Shown piece after piece: positions 59,370 through 64,000 of a stretch of DNA of 64,000 nucleotides. The position numbers were made by a program, and so were the translations under genes. Within the stretch, counting starts at the first letter, position 1; each line of letters begins with the position of its first letter. Below the pieces are notes generated by a model. It was not told the origin of the DNA, did not search any database, and saw only the letters and a program-made list of their open reading frames with translations. The DNA comes from Centroscyllium fabricii (taxonomy: Eukaryota): assembly GCA_051313645.2 (NCBI GenBank), contig JBNRSN020000258.1, forward strand, positions 248,001 to 312,000, given 5' to 3'.

Positions 59370-61277
59370 GAGCAGTGGGATGAGTTTTGGATTGAGACAG
59401 GGCTATAGAGTAAAATCTGGGCATTGGTATTAGTTTGGAATTCATATAAGGCTATGAGGAGCGAGTGGGGCACTGGGGTTAGTTTGGGATGGATATAGGG
59501 CTGTCGCGAGAGGGTTAATAGAGGACTATGGGGAGATAGTGGGCAGAGTGATTAGTTTGGGATTGATACAGGACTATGGGGAAGAGGGGCTGTGAGATTA
59601 GCGTGGGATTGATACAGGGCTACAGGGAGAGGGGCTGTGGGGTTAGGGTGGGATTGATACAGGGCTATGGGGAGAGGGGCTGTGGGATTAGTTTGGGATT
59701 GATACAGAGCTATGGGGAGAGAGGGGCTGGGAGATTAGCGTGGGATTGATACAGGGCTATGGGGAGAGGGGCTGTGGGATTAGTTTGGGATTGATACAGA
59801 GCTATGGGGAGAGAGGGGCTGTGAGATTAGTGTGGGGTTGACGTAGGGCTATGGGGAGAGGGGCTGTGGGATTAGTTTGGGATTGATACAGGGCTATGGG
59901 GGGAGAGAGGGGCTGTGAGATTAGTGTGGGGTTGATGTAGGGCTATGGAGGGAGGACAGGGTAGTGTGATTATGTGGGATTGCTGCAGGGCTATGGGTAG
60001 AATTAGGCAGTGGGATTACTTAGGGATTGATTCAGATCTATGGGGAGGGAGTGTGTAGTGGGATTACTTTGGGATTGTAACAGGGCTATGGGGAGAGTGG
60101 GGGACGTGGGATTCGTTTGGGATTGCTAAACGGCTATGGGAAGGGAGTGGGTATTGGTATTAGTTTGGGGATTCATACGGGGCTATGGGGAAAGAATGGG
60201 CAGTGCGATTAGTTTGCGATTGATACAGGGCTATGGGGAAAGAATGGGCAGTGGGATTAGACCGTAATTGATAAAAGGCTTTGGGACGTGAGTGAAACTG
60301 TGAGTTTGGACTTGGATTTCTACAGGTTTATGGGGAGAGTGCGGTGCTGTGTGATTAGACCGGGATTGATACAGGGATATGGGGCGTGAGTGAAATTGTG
60401 GGATTAGACTGGGATTTATACAGGGCTATGGGAAGTGAGCGGGACTGTGGGATTAGACTGGGATTTATACAGGACTATGGGAAGTGAGCGGGACTGTGGG
60501 ATTAGACTGGGATTTATACAGGACTATGGGCAGTGAGCGGGACTGTGGGATTAGATTGGGATTAATACAGGACTATGGGGAGTAAATGGGACTGTGGGAT
60601 TAGACTGGGATTTATACAGGACTATGGGGAGTGAGTGGGACTGTGGGATTAGACTGGGATTTATACAGGACTATGGGAAGTGAGCGGGCCTGTGGGATTA
60701 GACTGGGATTTATACAGGACTATTGGGAGTAAATGGGACTGTGGGATTAGACTGAGATTTATACAGGACTATGGGGAGTGAGTGGGACTGTGGGATTAGA
60801 CTGGGATTTATACAGGACTATGGGGAGTGAGTGGGACTGTGGGATTAGACTGGGATTTATACAGGACTATGGGGATGTGAGCAGGACTGTGGGATTAGAC
60901 TGGGATTTATACAGGACAATGGGAAGTGAGCGGGACTGTGGGATTAGATTGGGATTAATACAGGACTATGGGGAGTAAATGGGACTGTGGGATTAGACTG
61001 GGATTTATACAGGACTATGGGGAGTGAGTGGGACTGTGGGATTAGACTGGGATTTATACAGGACTATGGGAAGTGAGCAGGGATGTGGGATTAGACTGGG
61101 ATTTATATAGGACTATGGGAACTGAGCGGGACTGTGGGATTAGACTGGGATTTATACAGGACTATGGGGAGTGAGTGGGGATGTGGGATTAGACTGGGAT
61201 TTATACAGGGCTATGGGGAGTGAGTGGGGATGTGGGATTAGACTGGGATTTATACAGGTCTATGGGGACTGAGCGGA
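59370..61277 (+). repeat. 45-49-bp minisatellite, degenerate at the 5' end and homogeneous (49 bp) from ~60395
   Basis: GGGATTAGACTGGGATTTATACAGGACTATGGGGAGTGAGTGGGACTGT; resembles a shark CR1 3' UTR segment (TACAGGGCTATGGGGAGAG...GTGGGATTAG). Confidence 0.9.
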
Positions 61278-61667
61278 GACAGGATCACACAAGGGACAAC
61301 CAGTGATTCGGATCTCAGTCAATGGTCTCAGTTTGTGTCGGTTACCTGCTCTGACCTGTTGGGCGATGTCCCAGAGGCTCTTTGTAGACACTTACGTTCA
61401 AAGGAAACAATATATTAATTAGTCGCTTCGTCAAGGAAAAAACAGCCAGGTTGTGAACAGAGATGCTAATTCTCATCGTCTGTTTCTTGTGTGACCTGTT
61501 GGAGTTTGCTCCGAAATGCTGTTTGAATCTGTGAATGCTGTAATTGTAAAATTGACAGTCAATAAAAGCTGCGTGTTTACGTTAAACAGCCGACCCATTT
61601 CATTTTATAAAACATCACAATCTATTAACCCAAGATTATAACAATGTCTTCCTCGTCTCTCAACCCC

Positions 61668-63660
61668 AACAATAACAACAAAATATTGCATTTATATAGC
61701 GTCTTCAATGTCGTAAAGCGTCCCAAGGCTCTTCTCAAACAACATGTGACCCCGAGCCACAGAAGAGGGTATCAGGACAGATGACCAAGAGCTCGGCCAG
61801 TGGGGTCGGTTTTAAGGAGGGTCTTAATGGAGGGGAGAGGGGGAGAGAGTGGGAACGGTTCAGGGAGGGAATCGTCGAGTTCAGGGCCCAGGAAGCTGAA
61901 AGCCCGACCGCCAATGGCGGAGCGATTATTATAGGGGATGTGTAAGAGGCCTGGATTGGAAGAGTGCCGAGATCTGGAAGGGTTATATGACTGGAGGAGG
62001 TACAGAGCTCGGGAGGGGCGAGCTAATGGAGGGACTGGAAAACAAGGATAGGAATTGTGAAATTCAGACATTGCCCGACCGGGAGCTGATGTAGATCAGT
62101 GAGCACAGGGGTGATGGGTGAACGGGACTTGGTGCGAGTTAAGTTCTGGGCAGCAATGTTTTAGATGAGCTCAGGTTTATGGAACCTGGAAGACGGGAGG
62201 CCGCCCAGGAGAGCATTGGAATAGTCCAGTCCAGAGGTAACAAAGGCATGGGTGAGGGTTCCAGCAGCGGATGAGCTGAGACAGGGGCAGAGTCGGCAAT
62301 GTTACAGAGCTGGAAGGAGACGGTCTCGGTGATGGCCTGGATATGTGGTCAGAAGCTCATCTCGCATCAAATATGGAATCAAGATTGTGAACGGCCTGGT
62401 TCAGCCTCAGGAAGTGAGCAGGGAGAGGGCTGGAGTTGGTGGCTGGGGAACGGAGTGGGTGGTGGGGACTGAAGACAATGGCTTCGGTCTTCCCAATATT
62501 TATTTGGAGGAAATTTCTGCTCATCCAGTACTGGATGTCGGACAAGCAGTCTGACAATTTAGAGACAATATTCACTATTAATTAATATCCAAAAAAGAGC
62601 CATCAAATTTTGGAAACATCTAAAATTGAGCAACCCTCACAGCTATCACTACAAAGCCCTGAAATGCCAAGAAGCGAACATAAAGAAAAGTCCCCTCAGC
62701 CAACTGGTCCTGGGACTCAGCGAAGTAACTATTAACACTACTGGCAACAACCAGCCCCAGAACAGTGACATCCCAGCACACAGAATTCGAACCAACACAA
62801 TTATTACTAAACAAAGAGAAAAATATTTGTCATATTGGACAGAAACGACAAAAACCCAAAACAAACTAGATTGTTATTTGGCCCTAAACAGACCATACAC
62901 CATGGCTGATTACCTGACCATGGTGAAATATCGCAAACTGAGAAAAACCCTGACAATGTACAGACTTAGTGAGCACAGCCTAGCCATCGAAATAGGCAGA
63001 CACAGACAGACCTGGCTGCCCAGAGAGGAAAGGCTGTGCTCCCACTGCAGTCAGAGAGTGGTGGAGACAGAGCTGCATTTCCTCACAACTTGTGAAAACT
63101 ATCAGGACATAAGGGGGAATTACTACCCAAAATTCATAAAAACATGCCCTGAATTCAAACATTTGAACGACCACCAAAAACTCCCATATCTATTGGGGGA
63201 ACAGAGGGACTGTATTAAATTAGTGGCAAACTACGTCACAGCTTACCATAAGCAGAGGGACAACCAGTGACCACTGAAGCTAAAAAGAGTATATGAGATT
63301 TATATTTGGGTATATATGTATACGTTTGCATAGTTATCCATTCACTGTATGTCTGGATCTGCGTTTGTGTGTCCAAATGTATATGTCCTTTTTCTGTGCT
63401 TTGGCAACATAAGATGTATCTTGTCATGCCAAGAAAGCAATTTGAATTGAATTGAATTGACTGGAGATGGGTCGAGTGAGGTGGTGGTGAGGTGGAGCTG
63501 GGTGTCGTCAGCGTACATGTGGAACCTGGTGCTGTGTTTTCCGATGATGTCACAAAGGGGCAACATGTAGATGAGAAATAGGAGGGGGCAAGGATATGTT
63601 CTTGGGGGACACCAGAGGTAATGGTGCGGGAGCGGGAAGAGTCTCCCTGACTGTTGGCAT
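61668..63660 (-). mobile_element. L2-clade LINE 3' portion, interrupted by an RTE-X copy
   Basis: Minus strand reads SGVPQ, LLFLIYMLPL and MYADDTQL...SPV|SKLSDCLSDIQYWMSRNFLQINIGKTEAIVF, later GGRAFSFLGP. 3' end TTGGGAC...GCTATATAAATGCAA with a TTG-type tail. Confidence 0.88.
62567..63460 (+). mobile_element. 5'-truncated RTE-X-like LINE copy nested in L2
   Basis: ORF 62626-63270 is homologous to the C-terminus of the 5900-7914 ORF, with an intact CSHC...H...C knuckle. (TTGAA)n tail; GAC present at both junctions. Confidence 0.9.
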
Positions 63661-63760
63661 TGCAGTGAAAGAGGCTCCGACTCCAATCATTGGGCAGGCA
63701 CTGAGGGTGTGGAGGGGGGCCGAGAAAGGACGGAGATTTCCTCTGGTTTGTGTGTGGAAC

Positions 63761-63866
63761 AGAAAGCAATAACATTCATTTATATAGCGCCTTTCATGAA
63801 CTCAGGGCGTCCCAAAGCGCATCACAGCCAATGAAGTACTTTGTTGAAGTGCAGTTACTGTTGTAA
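63761..63866 (-). mobile_element. DeuSINE (SacSINE1/AmnSINE1-like) 3' fragment
   Basis: Reverse complement reads TTACAACAGTAACTGCACTTCAACAAAGTACTTCATTGGCTGTGATGCGCTTTGGGACGCCCTGAG...GGCGCTATATAAATG. Recognised from memory of the family tail. Confidence 0.65.
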
Positions 63867-63867
63867 C

Positions 63868-64000
63868 CATAGAATCGTAGAATGCCGACAGTGCAGATAG
63901 AGGCCATTTCGGCCCATCGAGCCTGCACCAACACATATCCCACCCTATCCCCGTAACCCCACATATTCAATCCCCCTAACACTAAGGGTCAATTTATCCT
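63868..64000 (-). mobile_element. HE1/V-SINE-like element 3' end with CR1-type tail; runs off the window
   Basis: CATAGAATCGTAGAAT tail, GAGGCCATTTCGGCCCATCGAG hairpin, then CCCACCCTATCCCCGTAACCCC...AAGGGTCAATTTA. Confidence 0.65.

Noticed and set aside
59640-61277. Telomere-like GGGATTAG/GGTTAGGG motifs
   Set aside because: No tandem (TTAGGG)n; the motifs are parts of the 45-49-bp minisatellite unit.

Overview
Eukaryotic, repeat-dense genomic window, most likely from a cartilaginous fish. This is inferred from CR1/HER1-type 3' tails, an HE1/V-SINE-like fragment and a DeuSINE-like tail. No prokaryotic features, CRISPR array or RNA genes are supported. In order: (1) 1-5899, a Mag-like Ty3/Gypsy element (gag-pol, PPT, 215-bp 3' LTR). 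Its integrase is split by two ~1-kb TG...CA solo LTRs with 5-bp TSDs, and it sits inside an RTE-X-like LINE (5900-8388). (2) An assembly gap and ~1.4 kb of mostly unique DNA. (3) A 3.9-kb 20-bp G-rich satellite, a ~95-bp CR1 endonuclease remnant, and a ~40-kb 30-bp G-rich satellite (13956-54374). The latter contains nested 17.4-kb, 2.96-kb and 357-bp duplications, a chimeric SINE/CR1 insert and a third related solo LTR. (4) A second gap, then a 5'-truncated RTE-X flanked by ~120-bp direct repeats. (5) The only credible cellular gene, a single-exon P2Y-like class A GPCR (57403-58392) that has lost C3.25, D2.50 and R3.50. (6) Minisatellites, an L2 LINE interrupted by RTE-X, and SINE fragments. 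The long repetitive ORFs in the track are satellite artefacts. I cannot demonstrate a wholly new system. The best leads are the atypical GPCR, a possible antisense spliced host gene spanning the satellites, the solo-LTR family and the long-TSD RTE-X. Family assignments are from motif recognition, not database searches.
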